This document shows, piece after piece, positions 30,321 to 41,691 of a stretch of 64,000 nucleotides of DNA. The position numbers were made by a program, and so were the translations under genes. The stretch is from Macrostomum lignano (Eukaryota): contig NIVC01000095.1 of NCBI GenBank assembly GCA_002269645.1, positions 310,001 through 374,000 of the forward strand, read 5' to 3'. The notes under the pieces were generated by a model that saw nothing but the letters and a program-made list of their open reading frames with translations, was not told the origin of the DNA and did not search any database. Each line of letters opens with the position of its first letter. The stretch's first letter is position 1.

Positions 30321-31274
30321 CTAGTGCTGGCGCCCCTGGTGCTGGCGCCCCTGGTGCTGGCGCCCCTGGTGCTGGCGCCCCTTTGTGCTAAAGCCTCTGG
30401 TGCTGGCGCCCCTGGTGCTGGCGCCCCTTTGTGCTAAAGCCTCTGGTGCTGGCGCCCCTGGTGCTGGCGCCCCTGGTGCTGGCGCCCCTGGTGCTGGCGC
30501 CCCTGGTGCTGGCGCCCCTGGTGCTGGCGCCCCTGGTGCTGGCGCCCCTGGTGCTGGCGCCCCTGGTGCTGGCGCCCCTGGTGCTGGCGCCCCTGGTGCT
30601 GGCGCCCCTGGTGCTGGCGCCCCTGGTGCTGGCGCCCCTGGTGCTGGCGCCCCTGGTGCTGGCGCCCCTGGTGCTGGCGCCCCTGGTGCTGGCGCCCCTG
30701 GTGCTGGCGCCCCTGGTGCTGGCGCCCCTGGTGCTGGCGCCCCTGGTGCTGGCGCCCCTGGTGCTGGCGCCCCTGGTGCTGGCGCCCCTGGTGCTGGCGC
30801 CCCTGGTGCTGGCGCCCCTGGTGCTGGCGCCCCTGGTGCTGGCGCCCCTGGTGCTGGCGCCCCTGGTGCTGGCGCCCCTGGTGCTGGCGCCCCTGGTGCT
30901 GGCGCCCCTGGTGCTGGCGCCCCTGGTGCTGGCGCCCCTGGTGCTGGCGCCCCTGGTGCTGGCGCCCCTGGTGCTGGCGCCCCTGGTGCTGGCGCCCCTG
31001 GTGCTGGCGCCCCTGGTGCTGGCGCCCCTGGTGCTGGCGCCCCTGGTGCTGGCGCCCCTGGTGCTAAAGCCCCTGGTGCTAAAGCCCCTGGTGCTAAAGC
31101 CCCTGGTGCTAAAGCCCCTGGTGCTAAAGCCCCTGGTGCTAAAGCCCCTGGTGCTAAAGCCCCTGGTGCTAAAGCCCCTGGTGCTAAAGCCCCTGGTGCT
31201 AAAGCCCCTGGTGCTAAAGCCCCTGGTGCTAAAGCCCCTGGTGCTAAAGCCCCTGGTGCTAAAGCCCCTGGTGC

Positions 31275-31276
<2 letters not shown>
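30321..31276. repeat. 15-bp minisatellite (GGTGCTGGCGCCCCT / GGTGCTAAAGCCCCT)
   Basis: About 63 units; GGC-type block then AAA-type block. Confidence 0.98.
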
Positions 31277-31352
<76 letters not shown>

Positions 31353-31392
31353 GGCAGACAGACAGACAGACAGACACACAGACAGGCAGGCA
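31277..31392. repeat. (GACA)n microsatellite, copy 2
   Basis: Short version of 28752-29357 with the same 3' junction. Confidence 0.95.
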
Positions 31393-32358
31393 GACGGGCA
31401 GTCTGTAGACATGCATTCTCTCGGTCCATGCAGCTTGAATTGGTGACATTGTCCGGGCAGAGAAGCTAAAAGAGAATTGAGCAGATTTGATAAAATGAAG
31501 GCCTGACTAAGAGACAGACACAGCGGGCGAGTGTTCAAAGTAGGCTTAGCGGAGAAAGTGAGAAGAAGGGATCAGCGAAGTCTAAGGATAAGGCTAGCTA
31601 GATCGCGATGGCTCGATTCTGGAGTCCCCTAGTCGGTCCAACAGCGTCCATCCACCCGCCTGTGTGCCTCATTAGCGAGTAGTAATTTCCTGGATCAATT
31701 GGCTGAGTGATTGATTGTGTGACTGCGGCTTGCTTGCGTGAAAACTTTGTCAAGTCCTAATATGTATCTATAGCGGTCCGCGGTGGGTGGTGTGGATAGA
31801 GAACTCCCATCTGGTTTCTCTTCAGCTGGGAACCATTTACTGTGTGCTCAGCGCCTATAGATAGCTCATCTAGGCCAGATTAAGTCAGGATTAATACATC
31901 ATTTTAGTCTCTTTCCCTTCTCCTTACTTATGTAGCCACTAGCAGCTGTCTTTTGCTTTCTTGTCCACCAGCTCATCCGGAGGAACCTCCGCGAGCTGCT
32001 ATCCTCCGGCGGTTGGCTGTTTTGGCTACTCAATTCCACTCTCCGTTGCAATATGCAGCAGAATCGGAATCCCGTTAGACACTCCCATAGCAAACTCACT
32101 TGTGCTGAGTCCAGGATTGGTCAGCTTTGGGTGGTATTTACACGCAATTGGCAGTCTCGATCATCTGACAGATTGAGACTCGCGACATGATAGAGAAAGC
32201 TCAGCGCCCGAGCTGGGAACCGAAGTCAGTGTATAGAAGGATGGTTAAACCGCATTACCATATTTTTGTGGTCAAGTTTTTTAATTAACGTAGTATAAAC
32301 TCATTCGATAGTAAACTTATTTTTCAACATGCCGGTTACATCAAGATCAGGGGTGGCC
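31381..32358. repeat. Segment X, copy 2
   Basis: Offset 2037-2038 bp from copy 1; ORFs 29923 and 31961 give identical translations. Confidence 0.95.
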
Positions 32359-34071
32359 CTAGTGCTGGCGCCCCTGGTGCTGGCGCCCCTGGTGCTGGCG
32401 CCCCTGGTGCTGGCGCCCCTTTGTGCTAAAGCCTCTGGTGCTGGCGCCCCTGGTGCTGGCGCCCCTTTGTGCTAAAGCCTCTGGTGCTGGCGCCCCTGGT
32501 GCTGGCGCCCCTGGTGCTGGCGCCCCTGGTGCTGGCGCCCCTGGTGCTGGCGCCCCTGGTGCTGGCGCCCCTGGTGCTGGCGCCCCTGGTGCTGGCGCCC
32601 CTGGTGCTGGCGCCCCTGGTGCTGGCGCCCCTGGTGCTGGCGCCCCTGGTGCTGGCGCCCCTGGTGCTGGCGCCCCTGGTGCTGGCGCCCCTGGTGCTGG
32701 CGCCCCTGGTGCTGGCGCCCCTGGTGCTGGCGCCCCTGGTGCTGGCGCCCCTGGTGCTGGCGCCCCTGGTGCTAAAGCCCCTGGTGCTAAAGCCCCTGGT
32801 GCTAAAGCCCCTGGTGCTAAAGCCCCTGGTGCTAAAGCCCCTGGTGCTAAAGCCCCTGGTGCTAAAGCCCCTGGTGCTAAAGCCCCTGGTGCTAAAGCCC
32901 CTGGTGCTAAAGCCCCTGGTGCTGGCGCCCCTGGTGCTGGCGCCCCTGGTGCTGGCGCCCCTGGTGCTGGCGCCCCTGGTGCTGGCGCCCCTGGTGCTGG
33001 CGCCCCTGGTGCTGGCGCCCCTGGTGCTGGCGCCCCTGGTGCTGGCGCCCCTGGTGCTAAAGCCCCTGGTGCTAAAGCCCCTGGTGCTAAAGCCCCTGGT
33101 GCTAAAGCCCCTGGTGCTAAAGCCCCTGGTGCTAAAGCCCCTGGTGCTGGCGCCCCTGGTGCTGGCGCCCCTGGTGCTGGCGCCCCTGGTGCTGGCGCCC
33201 CTGGTGCTGGCGCCCCTGGTGCTGGCGCCCCTGGTGCTGGCGCCCCTGGTGCTGGCGCCCCTGGTGCTGGCGCCCCTGGTGCTAAAGCCCCTGGTGCTAA
33301 AGCCCCTGGTGCTAAAGCCCCTGGTGCTAAAGCCCCTGGTGCTAAAGCCCCTGGTGCTAAAGCCCCTGGTGCTAAAGCCCCTGGTGCTAAAGCCCCTGGT
33401 GCTAAAGCCCCTGGTGCTAAAGCCCCTGGTGCTAAAGCCCCTGGTGCTAAAGCCCCTGGTGCTAAAGCCCCTGGTGCTAAAGCCCCTGGTGCTAAAGCCC
33501 CTGGTGCTAAAGCCCCTGGTGCTAAAGCCTTTGGTGCTAAAGCCCCTGGTGCTAAAGCCCCTGGTGCTAAAGCCCCTGGTGCTAAAGCCCCTGGTGCTAA
33601 AGCCCCTGGTGCTAAAGCCCCTGGTGCTAAAGCCCCTGGTGCTAAAGCCCTGGTGCTAAAGCCCCTGGTGCTAAAGCCCCTGGTGCTAAAGCCCCTGGTG
33701 CTAAAGCCCCTGGTGCTAAAGCCCCTGGTGCTAAAGCCCCTGGTGCTAAAGCCCCTGGTGCTAAAGCCCCTGGTGCTAAAGCCCCTGGTGCTAAAGCCCC
33801 TGGTGCTAAAGCCCCTGGTGCTAAAGCCCCTGGTGCTAAAGCCCCTGGTGCTAAAGCCCCTGGTGCTAAAGCCCCTGGTGCTAAAGCCCCTGGTGCTAAA
33901 GCCCCTGGTGCTAAAGCCCCTGGTGCTAAAGCCCCTGGTGCTAAAGCCCCTGGTGCTAAAGCCCCTGGTGCTAAAGCCCCTGGTGCTAAAGCCCCTGGTG
34001 CTGGCGCCCCTGGTGCTAAAGCCCCTGGTGCTAAAGCCCCTGGTGCTAAAGCCCCTGGTGCTGGCGCCCCT
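32359..34071. repeat. 15-bp minisatellite, alternating GGC and AAA variant blocks
   Basis: About 114 units; same irregular lead-in as 30321. Confidence 0.98.
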
Positions 34072-34119
34072 GCATTGGTACAGCACAAAACAGCACAGCA
34101 CGGGACAGGACAGCATCTT

Positions 34120-34914
34120 TCACATGCTCATGAACATCAACATCAACAAAACACAGAAAACAGCTTCGCATCCTTTTAGGAAACTAGAAATACAATACAA
34201 CTCATAATTTAAGTGCCGATCCGATGAAAGCAGAAAAATACAAATTAAGTTCGGGACAGCTCGCTCAAGTTTGTTAAAGCATGGCATCGATCGAGGATTA
34301 GGTATGTCCTGAATCAAATTAAAATCTAAATTTTTAGAACTGAGAAGCTCAGTCGCTGTAGAAGTTGAACTGGCAAAAATCATGATCAAATCTTGCCCAG
34401 AAAATCCTTTTAAATTGCATTCTGAACCGTTGCATTCGCTAGAATCGATAAGGTTAATGGGGCTGGACTTAACTCGGATTAAAGTGTACCAAGAGCTGGG
34501 GCGGACTTGAAATCCTGAAGGGTTTAGTTCTCCTGAGGTTGAGAACGATTGCTTCGAGATGCTTTAACGAAAATTTGTTAATTTGATGAAACTTTTTAAT
34601 GCCGAGGGGAAGTTTGAGTTTTGGGGAGTTGAAATCATTGATAAAAGCTGAAGATTAATTTTAACGGAAGAGTTTCGTGGAATCAAAAAAGTAGAGCGAG
34701 CAGAAACCACCGTCTGTATAGTTTTTCAAAGAAAATTTTTTCGAAGCCCTTTTTTAACAGGGGGGCAGTTGACCTCGACTGGATGCTGTTGGTTATTACG
34801 TACAGTTGTACTTGCAGTTGCAGCAGAGAAGTAGTGAGCTAATATAGACCGCTCCAGTATATTTATATTTATATGGCTAGACCCCCACGAAATACTTGTA
34901 CCATATATAAACAT
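34120..34914 (-). pseudogene. Degenerate ~265-codon reading frame with two internal stops; product unknown
   Basis: ORFs 34726..34914 and 34120..34389 share a frame; the gap has only one further TAA. Confidence 0.3.
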
Positions 34915-35463
34915 AAAAACTGGTATATCGATAATTGTTTAAGTACGAAACGTACAAAAAATACCCAGCCTAAATTATACTAAACTTTTATTTTATAACT
35001 CTACTGCCAGTAGGAGTATAAGGAAAATACGCTAAAAAATAATCTAATAAATGAATCTAATACATCATGTACGAGTACTTATGACCTCGATCTCCCATTA
35101 CATTGAACTTGAAGATGATATTAATCTCTTTAAATGTCTGGGGTCAGTTGCCCCACTGGTCCTTGCCTCCTGCATTATCTCTGAGTTATAGAGACTCTAG
35201 TGTCAAATCCTTTTGAAGATTATAATTGCAATACTACTCGGTCTCGTACTACGATCGTATGTATATATTTTTGTAGAAAATTGGCCAGTATGAAAACCTG
35301 CGAATATCATAGTTACATGCGTAACTTTGCCTAAAACTATAGTGCACATGAAATACATGTATCACTGATAGCACTGCACTACGTGATTGCGTCAAGCACT
35401 TAATCGATCACTTACGTGCATTACATGAACATGAATGAAATTTGACATTTAGAATGTCATGAG

Positions 35464-35641
35464 CAGTGGCGTATTTAGGGGGAGGCGTACAGAGCACGCG
35501 CCCCCGACCGTCGAGTTAGAATTTTTATATTTTTTATATGGAAAATTATCGTGTACATATACATGTACATGATATACATACATGTACCTTAGTAATCTGC
35601 GCCCCCGTCAAAATTTTCTGGATACGTACCCTCCAGCTCTG
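35464..35641. mobile_element. Degenerate ~178-bp hAT-type MITE
   Basis: Starts CAGTGGCGTATTTAG; 3' part CTGGATACG...CTCTG; flanked by GTCATGAG / GTCATGAA (7/8 TSD). Confidence 0.6.
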
Positions 35642-37039
35642 GTCATGAACATCAGAGGGCACTTTATTTTTGGGCCCGGACCTTTATACCTTTTAGCTCT
35701 GAAATTGCGCACGGGATGTGGAGGCTCACTTTTAAGGAAATATCGATTTCGAGAGAAGCTCGACTCGATCGACTCAACATGTACAGTATATGTACGCGTG
35801 TACATGTAGGTACACCATGCAAGCACATAAGCGCTAGCTGACATGTTATACTAATATAAGGTAGCAAACCGCGATTCTAAATTTAGCTAAGAACTCTCTA
35901 AAACTAGTTTTCATTAGCTTAAATCAGTGTTCATGTCACGCCAGTATCGTAATGTACTAGATATAGTTGGTCAGTATCAATATATACAATGCACTAACTA
36001 TGAAAAACTTCCATACCTAATTAAACCGAAAGAAAAACTTTCCAGAATTCGACAAAAAGGAATTGATTTGCTGATAGTTAGCTAGCGCAATGAATGTGCG
36101 TTATAATTAAATCCGTTTACTTGAACTTAACTTATTTTGTGAATTTATAAATAGTGGGGACAGATAATATTCCGGAATTAGCAAAAGATGCTTTCTAGGA
36201 AATTCGTACCCTGAGCGCGCGGGAGTTTTAAAATTTTTGCTAACCAGTCTGAACTCGATCGAAGTCGAACTCGAACTCGAAGAGATCCTCTATGCCTATT
36301 ATGATGATGATGAGATGAGGTACTACTGCTTTGTTGGAGCTGAATTTGATTAGCTTAAGCAGAGCTTAGGCCTACCATGAAGGTTTTCGGACTCAAAGAG
36401 TCCAATGCCGAGGGTTTGTTTGACACATGTCAGTTATAAGGATGATAAGGTGCTATATTTGCAATTGCACATGTCACAACACATCATGTCTTGTCTTTTG
36501 TAAATTTGTAAATGGTTGGCACATTTGTAAATGCAGTTTTAAAGCTTAAACTTAACTTAAACTTAAAGCTCTAGCATAGGGTCTAAACTAAAGATCAATA
36601 GCTAATTTATAACAGCTAAAATAAATACCAGTTTTATACTTTTATATACTATATAATATGTATAGGCCTAGCTATGGTCTAGTTAGATTTGATCACAAAT
36701 CTATCTTTTTAAAGGCTAAATCTACTAAATCAATAAATATACTAAATCAAATTCTCTTTTTTTATTTTTGGTTTATTATCTTATATTATATATATATTAT
36801 ATTATTCATTAACATTACTTCATTAACTCATTAACAACAACAATATTTGTTGCTCTAACAGTAGTAGCCTTTGGGTCCTATAGGAAGTCTTGGTGACTTG
36901 GCCCAAGATGGCTTCTCCTTAAGATTAGCAGGATGCTAAACATTTGTAAAGTTTCAACATTGTCAATTATATCCACAGCCACATCATCAGAAAAGTGCTT
37001 CAAAGCTGGCCAAAATAGTTGCATAGTGTTGGCTACTGG

Positions 37040-37704
37040 CTATCTAGCCAAGCTGCTATCCCAGCTCAACCTGCTCAGTAGAGGTCGGATGGGATTGAAA
37101 TCTTCGGGCAAGATCAGGATCAGGAATAATTTTTTTTTTGGGATTGGGATCAGGATCGGGATTCGGGAATCGGGATCAGGTCTTTTAGTGTATTGTCCAT
37201 GTAAAGTTAAACAAAATTGAGAAAATATTGTCAAGATCAAGAAGTAAAACATAACGAAATTGATATGAAGTTTTGTAACCAACAAAGTAAATAATGTAAT
37301 GAGTACAAGTTGAAGCAAAATACCTTCAAGTAATCACTAATTCTATAAATTATTAATCGAAAGACCTGTTCTCGAACCTCGAGTTTTTTAGAGTCGGGAT
37401 TCTGGTCCCGCAGGAATTCAATTTTCCTCGGGATCCCGAGATTTTGGGATCGGGATTGGGATCCCGTCCGACCTCTACTGCTCAGGCTATGCTCAGACTA
37501 TTATGCCCTGACTCTCAGTGCTGGCAGGGTCTAGTTTCTATGCATAAAAACGTGCTAGTGGCTAGCAACAACTATTTCAGGGCTGCATTTAGTTCAGGCA
37601 TATACAAAGCTAAAGCCTCTTGCCTGGAACTCAAAGATATCACTGCTAAAAGCTTGCAGGCTGTGCTGGGGTTTGTGTACACTGGCTTATTGACTGTCAG
37701 TTGA
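37040..37704 (+). pseudogene. BTB/POZ (Kelch-like) pseudogene fragment interrupted by a MITE
   Basis: Removing the MITE gives YLAKLLSQLNLLRLCSDYYALTLSAGRV*F / MHKNVLVASNNYFRAAFSSGIYKAKASCLELKDITAKSLQAVLGFVYTGLLTVS*: classic BTB motifs HKNVL, YF..F, YTG, with a stop and a frameshift. Confidence 0.8.
37079..37477. mobile_element. 399-bp hAT-superfamily MITE
   Basis: TIRs TAGAGGTCGGATGGGATT / GATCCCGTCCGACCTCTA (16/18); perfect 8-bp TSD CTGCTCAG at 37071-37078 and 37478-37485. Confidence 0.9.
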
Positions 37705-37839
37705 TTAGGCTAAGGATATTGTCAATGCGGTATTGCATCTTCACAATATTTTTTGCATCTATTACAATAAGATTTTTATACTTTCTATATTGAATCCAAT
37801 CTTGCTCAACTGTTCTCAAATTCCAAGCCCATTCTCAAA

Positions 37840-38420
37840 ATTTATCTTCTCTCCTTTCTTCTCTACCTTCTCTCTGATCCCCTTTTCTCTCTCTGTCCTA
37901 CTCTCCTCTCTCCCTCCTATTTCCCTTTTTTCTCCTTTCCTTTTTCTTCTCTGCTACTCTGATCCCTTCTCTCTTCTCTTTTCTCTTTTCTCCCTCTTCT
38001 CTTTCCCATTTTTATTTCCCTTTTCTCTCCTCTTATCTTTAGCAAAAATGTTGGCAGATTTTCTTGCTTCAAAGGAGAGGGAATAGAAGATTAGAGATAA
38101 GCAAACAGAGAAGAAGCAATAGATGCAATGAGAGAAAAGATAGAAAAGGAGAGAAAAGCTGAGTGAGGAGAGAGATGAAAAGCGAGAGTAAATGAGAGTA
38201 GAGAAGATAAAGAGGATATAAGGAGAGATTAGAGAGAGTAGAAAAGACAGGAAGGATTCGAGATTAGTGAGAAGAGATGAGAAAGTAGAATGGAGAGATG
38301 AGAGTTTAGAGAGGAAAGGGAGAAAAGAGAAGAAAGGAAAAGGGAGAGGAGGGATAAATAATAAGAAAAAATAAAAAGAGGAAATGGGAGATGAGATTAT
38401 AGATACAAGAGAAGTTTCAA
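37840..38420. repeat. Low-complexity polypyrimidine tract followed by a polypurine tract
   Basis: CT-rich about 37840-38040, GA-rich about 38075-38420. Confidence 0.8.
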
Positions 38421-40752
38421 AAGCCTCAAATTGTAATTTAACATGCATTTACTCCCATTTTTATTTGACTTTTTCCTAACTGTTAACAATTTTTTGTTAG
38501 AGCCTGACTTCAATAAGAATCTATGCAAAAATACTTGTAGTTTCATAAACTTAGAGTTTAGCAGTCTCAAAATCTGCAGGTTTCAATAGCTTGTATCTCT
38601 ACTATATTTGTGTTTTGAATCTGATGAACTGTCTAAACCAGGGCTCTCATGTTCTGTGGCAAAATTATCTAGCAAGTAAAATTATTCTTGAGTCTATAAA
38701 TGAATACTTTCTGGGTTTTTTAAGGTTGCAAATCTAGTTGTCAGCTGGCCCTTGGGGCTCAAAATCCAATTGCCAATGCCTATTTTTGGTTGCCCATTGG
38801 CAACTAGCCATATTCTCAAGGATGGATATTTGGATATTTCCAAAGCTGTACTTGAAAAGCAGAAATTTGTTTTATTCTTAACTCTAAGATTGCTATCTAT
38901 TCTACAAATAATAACAAACTAATAATTCCATCACATTGATTTATATAGTTTTATTAAACTTTTGTGTAGTCTTTTATTACACTTACAAAATCATTTTTTT
39001 TAAATTGGCAACTGGTACAAAGAAAATGAAGTTGCCAGATTGGCCTTTGATGCCAAAAATCCAGTTGCCAAAGAGATTTTTTTAAGGGGCCAAAAAACCC
39101 CATATGGCCCAAAAAACCCAGAATGCATTGCAAATTGTATCACACTGTATTTATTTCACTTTTCTTCTAGACATAAGCATTCTAGACTTTCATGAATCAT
39201 GACTTATATAGTAAGCTCACTACATTGTATTAAGACAATTTACAAATTACTTCATAGGCTACCATTAGGTGGCATACTGATTAGCTATTAAAAAAGCACC
39301 AGTAATGTTCATATAGTACTAATTAGATGGTGCAGCATTTAGTCTAAATAATATTATTATAGTTACTCTTGTTGTTTATCCAAAATTATGTTTATTTTGC
39401 TTAGCTTTCTTTCAAATGTAATTTACATTTTTGGTTGAAAAGTAAGTTATACAGCCAGTGTAAGTCAGTAATGTTGCAAATGTATGATTATTTTACTAAT
39501 CAGAATTTGTTTACTTTTTATTGGACAATGCCAAAAATTTAATGTTATTTTATTTAAAGAAAAATGATAAAAGGCTGACCATGACCAATAATATTTGTAG
39601 CTAAATGCACAAAAGCAGAAAATGGTAAAGTGTATAGTGACAATGCATGTGTTCTTTTGTGAAAGAAAACTTGTAGCTCAATTCACAAAAATTAAATCTC
39701 ATTATAAATATTAAATTGACCTGCAAACTAATTATTAAAAATAAGCTGTATAATTTATTTATCCTTTATAAAACATATTTTGCATTGCATTGTTTGCATC
39801 CTATATCCTAAAAATTGTATCCTAAAGTTCATCAAGATTTGTATCATTTTAGTTGACAAGAATGGCAATTGAAGTTTTTGAAATTATATTACTGTAATGC
39901 AAGCAAAACATAGCCATAGGCTACCTTTGTCATACTTACTATGTTGCAACTGCAAAGCATCCTACCAAACTCTATTCTATCTTCTTTGTTACAAAACTCA
40001 AAAACAATAAGGTTAGGCCTAGCATTAGACCTAACAAGGCATAAATAGATTTGTTTCTTTTACTTCTTTATTACTTAGAATTTTTCTTTTTTAATTTGTA
40101 AAGTAAAAGCTTATTCTTTATTTGTTACTTATATTTATCAGATTTGTAAAATTGCATTATAATTCTATATTTTATATAATATAACTCTTTGCTAAAATGT
40201 GATTTCTATGATTTGTAAAAACATTACTTTGGTAAAATGTCATAGCCATAATATGAATATGCATATGTTAGTTTACTACAATAAATTTAAGTAGAATTCT
40301 TTTATAACACACTACAAAAAGAGTAAAAAGTTATAGTTAGACAAGTAATAGCCACTGATAAGAATTCCAACCAGCAAGTAGATAATTTAGTATGACCAGA
40401 TAGAGAATTGTAATTATGCAGTATATTTTTATTTTTGATTTGCTATCCATATTTGCCACCTGATTTACCACATGCCAACTATATTTAATCAACACTTTAT
40501 TGTGGCCTATCCTATTAACAAAAACAAGAAATTTCCTTACCAAAGTCTCTACTTTGTTTTGTCTCTAATACAATTGAGATTGCTTGACGAACTAGCATTA
40601 ATGCAATTAGGTCTTTATCCAAAAATTTTACTTTTTTTAATGCCAGTCATCAAACCTAAGAACTACTCAATCGATTGTGCAATGTTAAATCAAAATTTTC
40701 CTGCTATCTATCAGTCTACTAATATTTAAAAAACAGAATATTAATAAGTGCA

Positions 40753-41025
40753 ATGCTTGGTTCAGTTATACTTCGCACAGTGCATGGATGTCAGTTGGCC
40801 ATTGCGACTGTCAGCCAGTGCAACCGATGCTGCACTGGTACCAAACAGTTGGCTAAATTGCTCTCCTCTGCTGCCACGGGCGGTTGGTGCCAGCCAGCCA
40901 TGCGCTTCTCCCAGCAGCTGCCTGGTTTTGAGCCCAGGCGACTTCTGCTGCTAACTAAAATTACTCGCTTGGAGTATGAGAGATCGCTTAATCCGCATCT
41001 GTCTGAGGAGAAGCTGAAGGATCAT
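40753..41025 (+). CDS. NADK2: NADK2 exon 1 (putative mitochondrial presequence)
   Basis: FEPRRLLLLTKITRLEYE...LSEEKLKDH|gtgagt. Confidence 0.9.
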
Positions 41026-41651
41026 GTGAGTGATTTGTTTCTGCTCTGTTATATCTGCATTGACACCTATGGATTTTTAGTTTATGAATTTAGTGTTTAA
41101 CAAATTTTACTTTTTAGATTTGAACTTTACGGAATTAGATTATAGGGATTTATGGTCTTGGATTTGTTGTTTCGGGATTTGGATTTTATGGACTTTCAAG
41201 TGCAAGTATTAAGATTTGTCGTTTGAGAATGTGGAGTTTAGAGATTTGGAGTTTAAAGATTTGGAGTTTAGGGATTTGGGGAGTTTAGGGATTTGGGAAG
41301 TTTAGGGATTTAGAGTTTGGGGATTTGGAGTTTAGAGATTTGGAGTTTGGGGATTTAGATTTTGGGGTATTTATTAGTTTAAGCATTTAAAGTTAGGGTT
41401 TAGGAGTTTAGGGATCTGAGGTTTTAGAGAATTGCTAAGTTAATCAACAATCGTATCCTTTTTCATCTAAATTTAAGTTAAAGCGCAAAGGGTCGGATTA
41501 CGATAATTTACTGCTGCACCACAATATTCACCATGGCACCTTGAATTCGCTGGTTGCTCATCTGCAGTGAGTTAAATTTAACTGTAAATTCACATGTGCT
41601 AATATAAAGTACTAATATATGTATGTTTATAAGCATAAAAGATTTAGCTTA

Positions 41652-41691
<40 letters not shown>

